Program-made: the position numbers and the translations under genes
NCBI RefSeq assembly: GCF_009914755.1
Contig: NC_060940.1
Source: the human T2T-CHM13v2.0 reference genome, Homo sapiens
DNA length: 64,000 nt
Reading direction: 5' to 3' (one strand)
Notes under the pieces: generated by a model
The model's input: only the letters and a program-made list of their open reading frames with translations
The model's database searches: none
What the model was told of the DNA's origin: nothing
Shown here: positions 12,121 to 27,200 of the stretch, one piece after another
Numbering within the stretch: the stretch's first letter is position 1
Layout: the number at the start of each line of letters is the position of its first letter

Positions 12121-15100
12121 CCATTCAATTCCATACTCCGATGATTTCTTTTGAGCCCATTCAATGCTTCCACTCGATTCCATATGATGACTCCATTCGA
12201 TGAAATTCGATGATGATTCCATTCGCTTGCTTTCGATGATGATTCCACTTGAGTCCGTTAGAAGATTCTATTCAATTACATTCCATGACGATTCCGTTCG
12301 AGTCCATTTGATGATTCCATTAGACTCCATTCGACGATGATTCCATTCGATGTCATTCGATGATTCCATTCGATCTCATTCGATGATGATTCCATTCAAC
12401 TCCATTCGATGTTTCCATTCGAGTTCATTCTATTATTCCATTACATTCCATTCGATGATGATTCCATTCGATTCCATTTGATGATTGCATTCTATTTCAT
12501 TTGATGATGATTCCATTCGAGTCCACTCGATGATTCCATTCGAGTCCATTTAATGAATCCATTGGTTTCAATTCTATGATGATTACATTGGATTCCATTC
12601 GTTGATGATTTCATTCGGTTCCATTCAATGATGATTCTATTCAATTCCTTTCAATGTTTCCATTCAATTCCATACGATGATGATTCCATTTGATTTGATT
12701 CGACAGTGAGCCATTCGATTCAATTCCATGATGATTCTATTTTATTCAATTGGTTGACATTTCCATTCGATTCCATTCGATAATGATTCCCTTTGATTCC
12801 ATTCAAAGATGATTCCATTCTAGCCCATTCAATCATTCCATTCGATTCTATTCAATGATGATTCCATTCATGTCGATTTGGTGATTCCATTTGACTTCAT
12901 TTGATGATGATTCCTTTCAAGTTCATTAGATGATTCCATTCGATTCCATTTGATGATGATCCCATTCGAGTCCATTCAGTGATTCCATTCGTTTCCATTC
13001 CATGATGATTCCATTCCATTCCATGCAATGATTCCATTCGATTCCGTTTGATGATGATTTCATTCGAGTCCATTTGATGATTCCATTTGATTCCATTCGA
13101 TGATGATTCCATTCGAGTCCATTCGATGATTCTATTCGAATCCATTTGATGATTTCTTTTGATTATAGTTGGTGATGATTCCATTGGAGTCCATTCAATG
13201 ATTCCATTCGATTCCAATCGATGGTGGTTCCATTAGAGTCCATTTAATGATTCCATTTGATTCCAGTCTCTGATGATTACATTCGAGTCCATACGATGAT
13301 TCCACTCAATTCCATATGATGATGATTCCATTCGATTCCATTCGATGATTCCATTCTATTCTATTCAATGGTGATTCCATTCGAGTACATTAGATGATTC
13401 CATTCGATTCCATTCAATGATGATTCTATTTGTGTCCCTTAGATGATTCCACATGATTCCATTAGATGATGATACTATTTGAGCCCATCCAATGATTCCC
13501 TTCGATTCCATTCGATGAGGATTCCATTCGATTCAATTCATTGGTGATTCTATTCAATTCAATTCTTTGATTCCATTCCATTCCATTCGACAATGATTCC
13601 ATTCGATTTCTTTCGATGATTCCACTCGATTCCACTTGACATTGATTCCATTCGATTCCATTCAATGATTCCATTTGATTCCAGTGGATGATGATTGCCA
13701 TCGATTCCATTCGATCACTCCATTCTATTCCATTTGATGATGATTACATTCGATTCCATTTGATGATTCCATCTGATTCTATTCGAGGATTCCATTTGAT
13801 TCCATTCGCTGATGATTCCATTCGAGTCCATTCGATGATTTCATTCGAGTACATCCAATGATTCCATTCGAGTCCATTTGATGATTCCATTTGATTCCAT
13901 TTGATTATGATTCTACTAGAGTCCATTCAATGACTCCATTCGAGTTCATTCAACAATTCCATTCGACTCCATTCGATGATTCCATTCGATTCCATTTGAT
14001 GATTCCATTCGAGTCCATTTAATCATTACAGTCGAGTCCATTTGGTGATTCCGCTGGATTTCCTTTGATAATGATACCATTCAATTACATTTGATGATGA
14101 TCCCATTCAATTTCATTTGATGATGACTCCATTCGAGTCCATTCGATGATTTTATTCGAGTCCCTTCATTGATTCCATCCGATTTCATTGGATGATGACT
14201 CCATTCGAGTCCATTCGATGATTCCACTCGATTCCATTAGATGATTCCATTGGAGTCCATTTGATTGTCCCTTTTGATTCCATTCGATTCCTTTCGAAGA
14301 TTATTCCATTTGAGTCCATTCGATGATGATTCCATTCCATTCCATTCGATGATTCCGTTTGATTCCATTCGATGATTCCCTACGATTCCTATCTTTGATG
14401 ATTCCATTCCATTCCATTCAATGATTCCATTCGAATCTATTCCATGATGATTCCTTTCGATTCCATTCGCTGATGTTTCCGTTCAATTCCATTCGATGAT
14501 GATTCCATTCGATTCCATTCATTGAGGATTCCATTTGATTCCATTCAATGATGATTCCATTCTATTCCATTCAAAGATTGCATTCAATTCCGTTCAATGG
14601 TTATCCCATTAGTGTAAACTCAACGATTCCATTCAATACCATTCGATGATGATTCCTTTTGAGTCCATTCAATGATTTCATTCAAGTCCATTTGATGATT
14701 CCTTTCAATTCCATTCTATGATGATTCCATTCGAGTCCATTCGATGATTCCATTCGATTGCATTCGATGATTCCATTATATTCCATTCAATGATGATTCC
14801 ATTCCAGTCCATTCGATGATTCCATTAGAGTACATTTAATGATTGCTTTGTTTTCAATTCGAAGATGATTACATTCGATTCCATTCTATGATACCATTCG
14901 ATTCCATTCAATGATGACTCCACTCAAATCCATTGGATGATTCCATTCGTGTCCATTCGGTGATTTCATTAGATTCCATTCGAGGATGACTCCATTCGAT
15001 TCCATTCGATGATTCCATTCAATTCCATTCGATGATGATTCCATTCCAGTCCATATGATCATTCCATTTGATTTCATTCGATGATGATTCCATTCGATTC

Positions 15101-18100
15101 GATTCGACGATTCCATTCTATTCCATTCGATGATGATTCCATTCGAGTCCATTCGATCATTCCATTCGAGTCCATTTAATGATTCCATTGGGTTCAATTC
15201 AATGATGATTACATTGGATTCCGTTCTATGATTCCATTCAATTCCGTTCATTGACAATTTGATTCCATTCGATGATGATTCCATTTGAGTTCATTCGATG
15301 ATTCTATTCGATTCTCTTCGATGGTGATTCAATTCTATTATATTGGATGATTCCATTCGATTCCATTTGATGTTGATTCAATTCGATTCTATTCGATGAT
15401 GATTCCATTGGATTTCACTTGATGATTCTATTCGATTCCATTCAATGATGATTCACTTCTCGTCCATTGGATGATTCCATTTCATTCCATTCGATGATGA
15501 TTCCATTCGATTCCATTCGATGATTCCATTTGATTCCATTCGACGGTGAGCAATTCGATTCAATTCCATGATGATTCTATTTGATTCAATTAGATGATGT
15601 TTCCATTCGAATCCATTCCATGATTATTCCATTGGAATCCATTCGGCGATGATTCCATATGAGTCAATTCAATGATGATTCCATATGGGTCCGTTCGGTG
15701 ATAATTCCATTTGATTTCATTCGATGCTTCTATTCAATTCCAGTCGATGATGATTCCGTTGGAGTCCATACGATGATTCCATTTGATTTCATTTCATGAT
15801 GATTCCATTCGATGACAATTACATTGGATTCCATTCTATGATTCCATTCAATTCCATTCGTTGATGATTCGATTCCATTCAATGATGATTCCATTTGAGT
15901 TCATTCGATGATTCTATTCGATTCCATTCTATGGTGATTCAATTCTCTTATATTGGATGATTCGACTCGATTCCATTTGATGATTATTCCATTGGAGTCC
16001 ACTTAGTGAATCATTTAGATTCTACTCGAAGATGATTCCATTCGAGTCCATTCGATGATACCATTCAATTCCATTCGTTGATGCTTCCATTCAAGTGCAT
16101 TCGATGATATCATTCGATTCCATTTGATGATAATTCCATTTGATTCCATGCGATGATTCTATTCGATTCCATTCAATGATAATTCCATTCAATTCAGTGA
16201 TTCCTCTGGACTCCATTTGATGATGATTCCATTCAATGATTCCATTCGATTTTATTCGAAAATGATTCCATTTGAATCCATTTGATGACGATTCCATTCC
16301 ATTCCATTTGATGATTCCATTCTTTTCTATTCGATGATGATTCCATTCGATTCCATTCGATGATGATTGGATTCGATTCCATTTGATGATTTCATTTGAT
16401 TCCATTCGTTAATGATTTCGATCAATTCCATTCGATGATTCCATTCGATTCCATTCGATAATGATTACATCCGAGTCCATTCGATGATTCCCTTTGAGCC
16501 TGTTCGATAATTCCATTTGAGTCCAACCAATGATTCCATTCATTTCCATTCAATGATTCCATTCGAGTCCATTTGATCATTCCGGTAGGGTCCATTCGAT
16601 GTTGATTCCATTGGAGTGCATTCGATGATTCCATTCGAGTCCATTTTAGGATTTGATTCGAGTCCTTTCGATGATTCCATTCGATTCCACTCGATGATGA
16701 TTTCATTCGAGTCCATTCGACACTTCCAATCGATTCCATTTGATGATTCCATTCGAGTCCAATTGATGATTCCATTCAATTCCATTCGATGATGATTCCG
16801 TACGATTCCATTCTGTGATGATTCCATGTGATTGCATTCAATGATGATTCCTTTCGATTGCATTCGATTATGATTCATTTCGTGTTCATTCTATGGTTCC
16901 ACAGGTTTCCATTCGTGTCCATTCCATTATTCCATTCTATTCCATTTGATGATGATTCCATTCGATTCCATTCATTGGTGATTCCACTCAATTCCATTCA
17001 ATGATTCCATTCCATTTCTTTCAACAATGATTCCATTAGTTTCTAATCGATGATCCACTTGATTCCATTTGACGACGATTCCATTCTTGTCCATTCGATG
17101 ATTCCATTTGATTCCATATGATGATGATTCCATTCGATTCCATACCATGATGATTCCATTCGAGTCCATTCAATGGTGATTCCATTCAATTCCATTCGAT
17201 GATTCCTTTCGATTCCATTCGATGATGATGGCATTCGATTCCTTTCAATCATTCCCTTTGATTCCATTCAAAGGTGATTTCATTCAAGTCCATTCGATAA
17301 TTGCATTCGATTCCATTCTATGATGATTCCATTCGAGTCCATTTGATGATTCCATTCAATTCAAGTCAATGATGATTCCATTCGATTCCATTCGATGATT
17401 CCATTGGATTCCATTCGATGATGATTCCATTCAAATCCATTCGATAATTCAATTCAAGTCCATTCGATAATGATTCCAATCGAATCCATTCAAAGATTCC
17501 ATTCAGTTCCATTCGATGTTTCCCTTAGATTCCATTCGATGATTCCACTTGATTCCATTTACGATGATTCCATTCGATTCCATGTGATGATTCCATTCAA
17601 TTCTATTCAATGGTGTCTCCATTTGATTCCATTCGACCATGATTGCTTTTGATTCCATTCAATGATTCCATTCGGTTCCGTTTGATGATGATTCCGTTCG
17701 ATTCCATTTGATGATTCCATTTGATTCCATTGGATGAGTGCATTCGATTACATTCGATGATTATTCCATTCGAGTGCATTAGATGATTCCATTCGAGTCC
17801 ATTCGATGATTCCATTCGATTCCATTCGATGTTGATTCTGTTCAAATCCATTCGATGATTCCACTCGATTCCATTCGATGACTCCATTTGATCCCATTCG
17901 ATGATTTCCTTTGATTCCCTTTGATGATCATTCCATTTGATTCAATTCGGTGATTTCATTTGATTCCATTCAGTGATGTTTCCATTCGACTCCATTCGAT
18001 GATGATTCCATTCGACTCCATTCGATTATGATTTCATTCAATTCCATTCGATAATGATTCCCTTCGAGTCCATTCGATGATTCCATTCGATTCCATTCAA

Positions 18101-18180
18101 TGATGATTTGATTCGTGTCCATTCGATGATTCCATTTGATTCCACTTGATGATGATTCCATTCGAGTCCATTTGATGATT
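12121..18180 (+). repeat. Higher-order unit 3 (6,060 bp)
   Basis: Same landmarks at offset 12,120 with no net indel. Confidence 0.95.
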
Positions 18181-21100
18181 CCATTCAATTCCATACTCCG
18201 ATGATTTCTTTTGAGCCCATTCAATGCTTCCACTCGATTCCATATGATGACTCCATTCGATGAAATTCGATGATGATTCCATTCGCTTGCTTTCGATGAT
18301 GATTCCACTTGAGTCCGTTAGAAGATTCTATTCAATTACATTCCATGACGATTCCGTTCGAGTCCATTTGATGATTCCATTAGACTCCATTCGACGATGA
18401 TTCCATTCGATGTCATTCGATGATTCCATTCGATCTCATTCGATGATGATTCCATTCAACTCCATTCGATGTTTCCATTCGAGTTCATTCTATTATTCCA
18501 TTACATTCCATTCGATGATGATTCCATTCGATTCCATTTGATGATTGCATTCTATTTCATTTGATGATGATTCCATTCGAGTCCACTCGATGATTCCATT
18601 CGAGTCCATTTAATGTATCCATTGGTTTCAATTCTATGATGATTACATTGGATTCCATTCGTTGATGATTTCATTCGGTTCCATTCAATGATGATTCTAT
18701 TCAATTCCTTTCAATGTTTCCATTCAATTCCATACGATGATGATTCCATTTGATTTGATTCGACAGTGAGCCATTCGATTCAATTCCATGATGATTCTAT
18801 TTTATTCAATTGGTTGACATTTCCATTCGATTCCATTCGATAATGATTCCCTTTGATTCCATTCAAAGATGATTCCATTCTAGCCCATTCAATCATTCCA
18901 TTCGATTCTATTCAATGATGATTCCATTCATGTCGATTTGGTGATTCCATTTGACTTCATTTGATGATGATTCCTTTCAAGTTCATTAGATGATTCCATT
19001 CGATTCCATTTGATGATGATCCCATTCGAGTCCATTCAGTGATTCCATTCGTTTCCATTCCATGATGATTCCATTCCATTCCATGCAATGATTCCATTCG
19101 ATTCCGTTTGATGATGATTTCATTCGAGTCCATTTGATGATTCCATTTGATTCCATTCGATGATGATTCCATTCGAGTCCATTCGATGATTCTATTCGAA
19201 TCCATTTGATGATTTCTTTTGATTATAGTTGGTGATGATTCCATTGGAGTCCATTCAATGATTCCATTCGATTCCAATCGATGGTGGTTCCATTAGAGTC
19301 CATTTAATGATTCCATTTGATTCCAGTCTCTGATGATTACATTCGAGTCCATACGATGATTCCACTCAATTCCATATGATGATGATTCCATTCGATTCCA
19401 TTCGATGATTCCATTCTATTCTATTCAATGGTGATTCCATTCGAGTACATTAGATGATTCCATTCGATTCCATTCAATGATGATTCTATTTGTGTCCCTT
19501 AGATGATTCCACATGATTCCATTAGATGATGATACTATTTGAGCCCATCCAATGATTCCCTTCGATTCCATTCGATGAGGATTCCATTCGATTCAATTCA
19601 TTGGTGATTCTATTCAATTCAATTCTTTGATTCCATTCCATTCCATTCGACAATGATTCCATTCGATTTCTTTCGATGATTCCACTCGATTCCACTTGAC
19701 ATTGATTCCATTCGATTCCATTCAATGATTCCATTTGATTCCAGTGGATGATGATTGCCATCGATTCCATTCGATCACTCCATTCTATTCCATTTGATGA
19801 TGATTACATTCGATTCCATTTGATGATTCCATCTGATTCTATTCGAGGATTCCATTTGATTCCATTCGCTGATGATTCCATTCGAGTCCATTCGATGATT
19901 TCATTCGAGTACATCCAATGATTCCATTCGAGTCCATTTGATGATTCCATTTGATTCCATTTGATTATGATTCTACTAGAGTCCATTCAATGACTCCATT
20001 CGAGTCCATTCAACAATTCCATTCGACTCCATTCGATGATTCCATTCGATTCCATTTGATGATTCCATTCGAGTCCATTTAATCATTACAGTCGAGTCCA
20101 TTTGGTGATTCCGCTGGATTTCCTTTGATAATGATACCATTCAATTACATTTGATGATGATCCCATTCAATTTCATTTGATGATGACTCCATTAGAGTCC
20201 ATTCGATGATTTTATTCGAGTCCCTTCATTGATTCCATCCGATTTCATTGGATGATGACTCCATTCGAGTCCATTCGATGATTCCACTCGATTCCATTAG
20301 ATGATTCCATTGGAGTCCATTTGATTGTCCCTTTTGATTCCATTCGATTCCTTTCGAAGATTATTCCATTTGAGTCCATTCGATGATGATTCCATTCCAT
20401 TCCATTCGATGATTCCGTTTGATTCCATTCGATGATTCCCTTCGATTCCTATCTTTGATGATTCCATTCCATTCCATTCAATGATTCCATTCGAATCTAT
20501 TCCATGATGATTCCTTTCGATTCCATTCGCTGATGTTTCCGTTCAATTCCATTCGATGATGATTCCATTCGATTCCATTCATTGAGGATTCCATTTGATT
20601 CCATTCAATGATGATTCCATTCTATTCCATTCAAAGATTGCATTCAATTCCATTCAATGGTTATCCCATTAGTGTAAGCTCAACGATTCCATTCAATACC
20701 ATTCGATGATGATTCCTTTTGAGTCCATTCAATGATTTCATTCAAGTCCATTTGATGATTCCTTTCAATTCCATTCTATGATGATTCCATTCGAGTCCAT
20801 TCGATGATTCCATTCGATTGCATTCGATGATTCCATTATATTCCATTCAATGATGATTCCATTCCAGTCCATTCGATGATTCCATTAGAGTACATTTAAT
20901 GATTGCTTTGTTTTCAATTCGAAGATGATTACATTCGATTCCATTCTATGATACCATTCGATTCCATTCAATGATGACTCCACTCAAATCCATTGGATGA
21001 TTCCATTCGTGTCCATTCGGTGATTTCATTAGATTCCATTCGAGGATGACTCCATTCGATTCCATTCGATGATTCCATTCAATTCCATTCGATGATGATT

Positions 21101-24100
21101 CCATTCCAGTCCATATGATCATTCCATTTGATTTCATTCGATGATGATTCCATTCGATTCGATTCGACGATTCCATTCTATTCCATTCGATGATGATTCC
21201 ATTCGAGTCCATTCGATCATTCCATTCGAGTCCATTTAATGATTCCATTGGGTTCAATTCAATGATGATTACATTGGATTCCGTTCTATGATTCCATTCA
21301 ATTCCGTTCATTGACAATTTGATTCCATTCGATGATGATTCCATTTGAGTTCATTCGATGATTCTATTCGATTCTCTTCGATGGTGATTCAATTCTATTA
21401 TATTGGATGATTCCATTCGATTCCATTTGATGTTGATTCAATTCGATTCTATTCGATGATGATTCCATTGGATTTCACTTGATGATTCTATTCGATTCCA
21501 TTCAATGATGATTCACTTCTCGTCCATTGGATGATTCCATTTCATTCCATTCGATGATGATTCCATTCGATTCCATTCGATGATTCCATTTGATTCCATT
21601 CGACGGTGAGCAATTCGATTCAATTCCATGATGATTCTATTTGATTCAATTAGATGATGTTTCCATTCGAATCCATTCCATGATTATTCCATTGGAATCC
21701 ATTCGGCGATGATTCCATATGAGTCAATTCAATGATGATTCCATATGGGTCCGTTCGGTGATAATTCCATTTGATTTCATTCGATGCTTCTATTCAATTC
21801 CAGTCGATGATGATTCCGTTGGAGTCCATACGATGATTCCATTTGATTTCATTTCATGATGATTCCATTCGATGACAATTACATTGGATTCCATTCTATG
21901 ATTCCATTCAATTCCATTCGTTGATGATTCGATTCCATTCAATGATGATTCCATTTGAGTTCATTCGATGATTCTATTCGATTCCATTCTATGGTGATTC
22001 AATTCTCTTATATTGGATGATTCGACTCGATTCCATTTGATGATTATTCCATTGGAGTCCACTTAGTGAATCATTTAGATTCTACTCGAAGATGATTCCA
22101 TTCGAGTCCATTCGATGATACCATTCAATTCCATTCGTTGATGCTTCCATTCAAGTGCATTCGATGATATCATTCGATTCCATTTGATGATAATTCCATT
22201 TGATTCCATGCGATGATTCTATTCGATTCCATTCAATGATAATTCCATTCAATTCAGTGATTCCTCTGGACTCCATTTGATGATGATTCCATTCAATGAT
22301 TCCATTCGATTCTATTCGAAAATGATTCCATTTGAATCCATTTGATGACGATTCCATTCCATTCCATTTGATGATTCCATTCTTTTCTATTCGATGATGA
22401 TTCCATTCGATTCCATTCGATGATGATTGGATTCGATTCCATTTGATGATTTCATTTGATTCCATTCGTTAATGATTTCGATCAATTCCATTCGATGATT
22501 CCATTCGATTCCATTCGATAATGATTACATCCGAGTCCATTCGATGATTCCCTTTGAGCCTGTTCGATAATTCCATTTGAGTCCAACCAATGATTCCATT
22601 CATTTCCATTCAATGATTCCATTCGAGTCCATTTGATCATTCCGGTAGGGTCCATTCGATGTTGATTCCATTGGAGTGCATTCGATGATTCCATTCGAGT
22701 CCATTTTAGGATTTGATTCGAGTCCTTTCGATGATTCCATTCGATTCCACTCGATGATGATTTCATTCGAGTCCATTCGACACTTCCAATCGATTCCATT
22801 TGATGATTCCATTCGAGTCCAATTGATGATTCCATTCTATTCCATTCGATGATGATTCCGTACGATTCCATTCTGTGATGATTCCATGTGATTGCATTCA
22901 ATGATGATTCCTTTCGATTGCATTCGATTATGATTCATTTCGTGTTCATTCTATGGTTCCACAGGTTTCCATTCGTGTCCATTCCATTATTCCATTCTAT
23001 TCCATTTGATGATGATTCCATTCGATTCCATTCATTGGTGATTCCACTCAATTCCATTCAATGATTCCATTCCATTTCTTTCAACAATGATTCCATTAGT
23101 TTCTAATCGATGATCCACTTGATTCCATTTGACGACGATTCCATTCTTGTCCATTCGATGATTCCATTTGATTCCATATGATGATGATTCCATTCGATTC
23201 CATACCATGATGATTCCATTCGAGTCCATTCAATGGTGATTCCATTCAATTCCATTCGATGATTCCTTTCGATTCCATTCGATGATGATGGCATTCGATT
23301 CCTTTCAATCATTCCCTTTGATTCCATTCAAAGGTGATTTCATTCAAGTCCATTCGATAATTGCATTCGATTCCATTCTATGATGATTCCATTCGAGTCC
23401 ATTTGATGATTCCATTCAATTCAAGTCAATGATGATTCCATTCGATTCCATTCGATGATTCCATTGGATTCCATTCGATGATGATTCCATTCAAATCCAT
23501 TCGATAATTCAATTCAAGTCCATTCGATAATGATTCCAATCGAATCCATTCAAAGATTCCATTCAGTTCCATTCGATGTTTCCCTTAGATTCCATTCGAT
23601 GATTCCACTTGATTCCATTTACGATGATTCCATTCGATTCCATGTGATGATTCCATTCAATTCTATTCAATGGTGTCTCCATTTGATTCCATTCGACCAT
23701 GATTGCTTTTGATTCCATTCAATGATTCCATTCGGTTCCGTTTGATGATGATTCCGTTCGATTCCATTTGATGATTCCATTTGATTCCATTGGATGAGTC
23801 CATTCGATTACATTCGATGATTATTCCATTCGAGTGCATTAGATGATTCCATTCGAGTCCATTCGATGATTCCATTCGATTCCATTCGATGTTGATTCTG
23901 TTCAAATCCATTCGATGATTCCACTCGATTCCATTCGATGACTCCATTTGATCCCATTCGATGATTTCCTTTGATTCCCTTTGATGATCATTCCATTTGA
24001 TTCAATTCGGTGATTTCATTTGATTCCATTCAGTGATGTTTCCATTCGACTCCATTCGATGATGATTCCATTCGACTCCATTCGATTATGATTTCATTCA

Positions 24101-24240
24101 ATTCCATTCGATAATGATTCCCTTCGAGTCCATTCGATGATTCCATTCGATTCCATTCAATGATGATTTGATTCGTGTCCATTCGATGATTCCATTTGAT
24201 TCCACTTGATGATGATTCCATTCGAGTCCATTTGATGATT
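18181..24240 (+). repeat. Higher-order unit 4 (6,060 bp)
   Basis: Same landmarks at offset 18,180. One private SNV was noticed near 22838, and it alters the local ORF calls. Confidence 0.95.
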
Positions 24241-27200
24241 CCATTCAATTCCATACTCCGATGATTTCTTTTGAGCCCATTCAATGCTTCCACTCGATTC
24301 CATATGATGACTCCATTCGATGAAATTCGATGATGATTCCATTCGCTTGCTTTCGATGATGATTCCACTTGAGTCCGTTAGAAGATTCTATTCAATTACA
24401 TTCCATGACGATTCCGTTCGAGTCCATTTGATGATTCCATTAGACTCCATTCGACGATGATTCCATTCGATGTCATTCGATGATTCCATTCGATCTCATT
24501 CGATGATGATTCCATTCAACTCCATTCGATGTTTCCATTCGAGTTCATTCTATTATTCCATTACATTCCATTCGATGATGATTCCATTCGATTCCATTTG
24601 ATGATTGCATTCTATTTCATTTGATGATGATTCCATTCGAGTCCACTCGATGATTCCATTCGAGTCCATTTAATGTATCCATTGGTTTCAATTCTATGAT
24701 GATTACATTGGATTCCATTCGTTGATGATTTCATTCGGTTCCATTCAATGATGATTCTATTCAATTCCTTTCAATGTTTCCATTCAATTCCATACGATGA
24801 TGATTCCATTTGATTTGATTCGACAGTGAGCCATTCGATTCAATTCCATGATGATTCTATTTTATTCAATTGGTTGACATTTCCATTCGATTCCATTCGA
24901 TAATGATTCCCTTTGATTCCATTCAAAGATGATTCCATTCTAGCCCATTCAATCATTCCATTCGATTCTATTCAATGATGATTCCATTCATGTCGATTTG
25001 GTGATTCCATTTGACTTCATTTGATGATGATTCCTTTCAAGTTCATTAGATGATTCCATTCGATTCCATTTGATGATGATCCCATTCGAGTCCATTCAGT
25101 GATTCCATTCGTTTCCATTCCATGATGATTCCATTCCATTCCATGCAATGATTCCATTCGATTCCGTTTGATGATGATTTCATTCGAGTCCATTTGATGA
25201 TTCCATTTGATTCCATTCGATGATGATTCCATTCGAGTCCATTCGATGATTCTATTCGAATCCATTTGATGATTTCTTTTGATTATAGTTGGTGATGATT
25301 CCATTGGAGTCCATTCAATGATTCCATTCGATTCCAATCGATGGTGGTTCCATTAGAGTCCATTTAATGATTCCATTTGATTCCAGTCTCTGATGATTAC
25401 ATTCGAGTCCATACGATGATTCCACTCAATTCCATATGATGATGATTCCATTCGATTCCATTCGATGATTCCATTCTATTCTATTCAATGGTGATTCCAT
25501 TCGAGTACATTAGATGATTCCATTCGATTCCATTCAATGATGATTCTATTTGTGTCCCTTAGATGATTCCACATGATTCCATTAGATGATGATACTATTT
25601 GAGCCCATCCAATGATTCCCTTCGATTCCATTCGATGAGGATTCCATTCGATTCAATTCATTGGTGATTCTATTCAATTCAATTCTTTGATTCCATTCCA
25701 TTCCATTCGACAATGATTCCATTCGATTTCTTTCGATGATTCCACTCGATTCCACTTGACATTGATTCCATTCGATTCCATTCAATGATTCCATTTGATT
25801 CCAGTGGATGATGATTGCCATCGATTCCATTCGATCACTCCATTCTATTCCATTTGATGATGATTACATTCGATTCCATTTGATGATTCCATCTGATTCT
25901 ATTCGAGGATTCCATTTGATTCCATTCGCTGATGATTCCATTCGAGTCCATTCGATGATTTCATTCGAGTACATCCAATGATTCCATTCGAGTCCATTTG
26001 ATGATTCCATTTGATTCCATTTGATTATGATTCTACTAGAGTCCATTCAATGACTCCATTCGAGTCCATTCAACAATTCCATTCGACTCCATTCGATGAT
26101 TCCATTCGATTCCATTTGATGATTCCATTCGAGTCCATTTAATCATTACAGTCGAGTCCATTTGGTGATTCCGCTGGATTTCCTTTGATAATGATACCAT
26201 TCAATTACATTTGATGATGATCCCATTCAATTTCATTTGATGATGACTCCATTAGAGTCCATTCGATGATTTTATTCGAGTCCCTTCATTGATTCCATCC
26301 GATTTCATTGGATGATGACTCCATTCGAGTCCATTCGATGATTCCACTCGATTCCATTAGATGATTCCATTGGAGTCCATTTGATTGTCCCTTTTGATTC
26401 CATTCGATTCCTTTCGAAGATTATTCCATTTGAGTCCATTCGATGATGATTCCATTCCATTCCATTCGATGATTCCGTTTGATTCCATTCGATGATTCCC
26501 TTCGATTCCTATCTTTGATGATTCCATTCCATTCCATTCAATGATTCCATTCGAATCTATTCCATGATGATTCCTTTCGATTCCATTCGCTGATGTTTCC
26601 GTTCAATTCCATTCGATGATGATTCCATTCGATTCCATTCATTGAGGATTCCATTTGATTCCATTCAATGATGATTCCATTCTATTCCATTCAAAGATTG
26701 CATTCAATTCCATTCAATGGTTATCCCATTAGTGTAAGCTCAACGATTCCATTCAATACCATTCGATGATGATTCCTTTTGAGTCCATTCAATGATTTCA
26801 TTCAAGTCCATTTGATGATTCCTTTCAATTCCATTCTATGATGATTCCATTCGAGTCCATTCGATGATTCCATTCGATTGCATTCGATGATTCCATTATA
26901 TTCCATTCAATGATGATTCCATTCCAGTCCATTCGATGATTCCATTAGAGTACATTTAATGATTGCTTTGTTTTCAATTCGAAGATGATTACATTCGATT
27001 CCATTCTATGATACCATTCGATTCCATTCAATGATGACTCCACTCAAATCCATTGGATGATTCCATTCGTGTCCATTCGGTGATTTCATTAGATTCCATT
27101 CGAGGATGACTCCATTCGATTCCATTCGATGATTCCATTCAATTCCATTCGATGATGATTCCATTCCAGTCCATATGATCATTCCATTTGATTTCATTCG

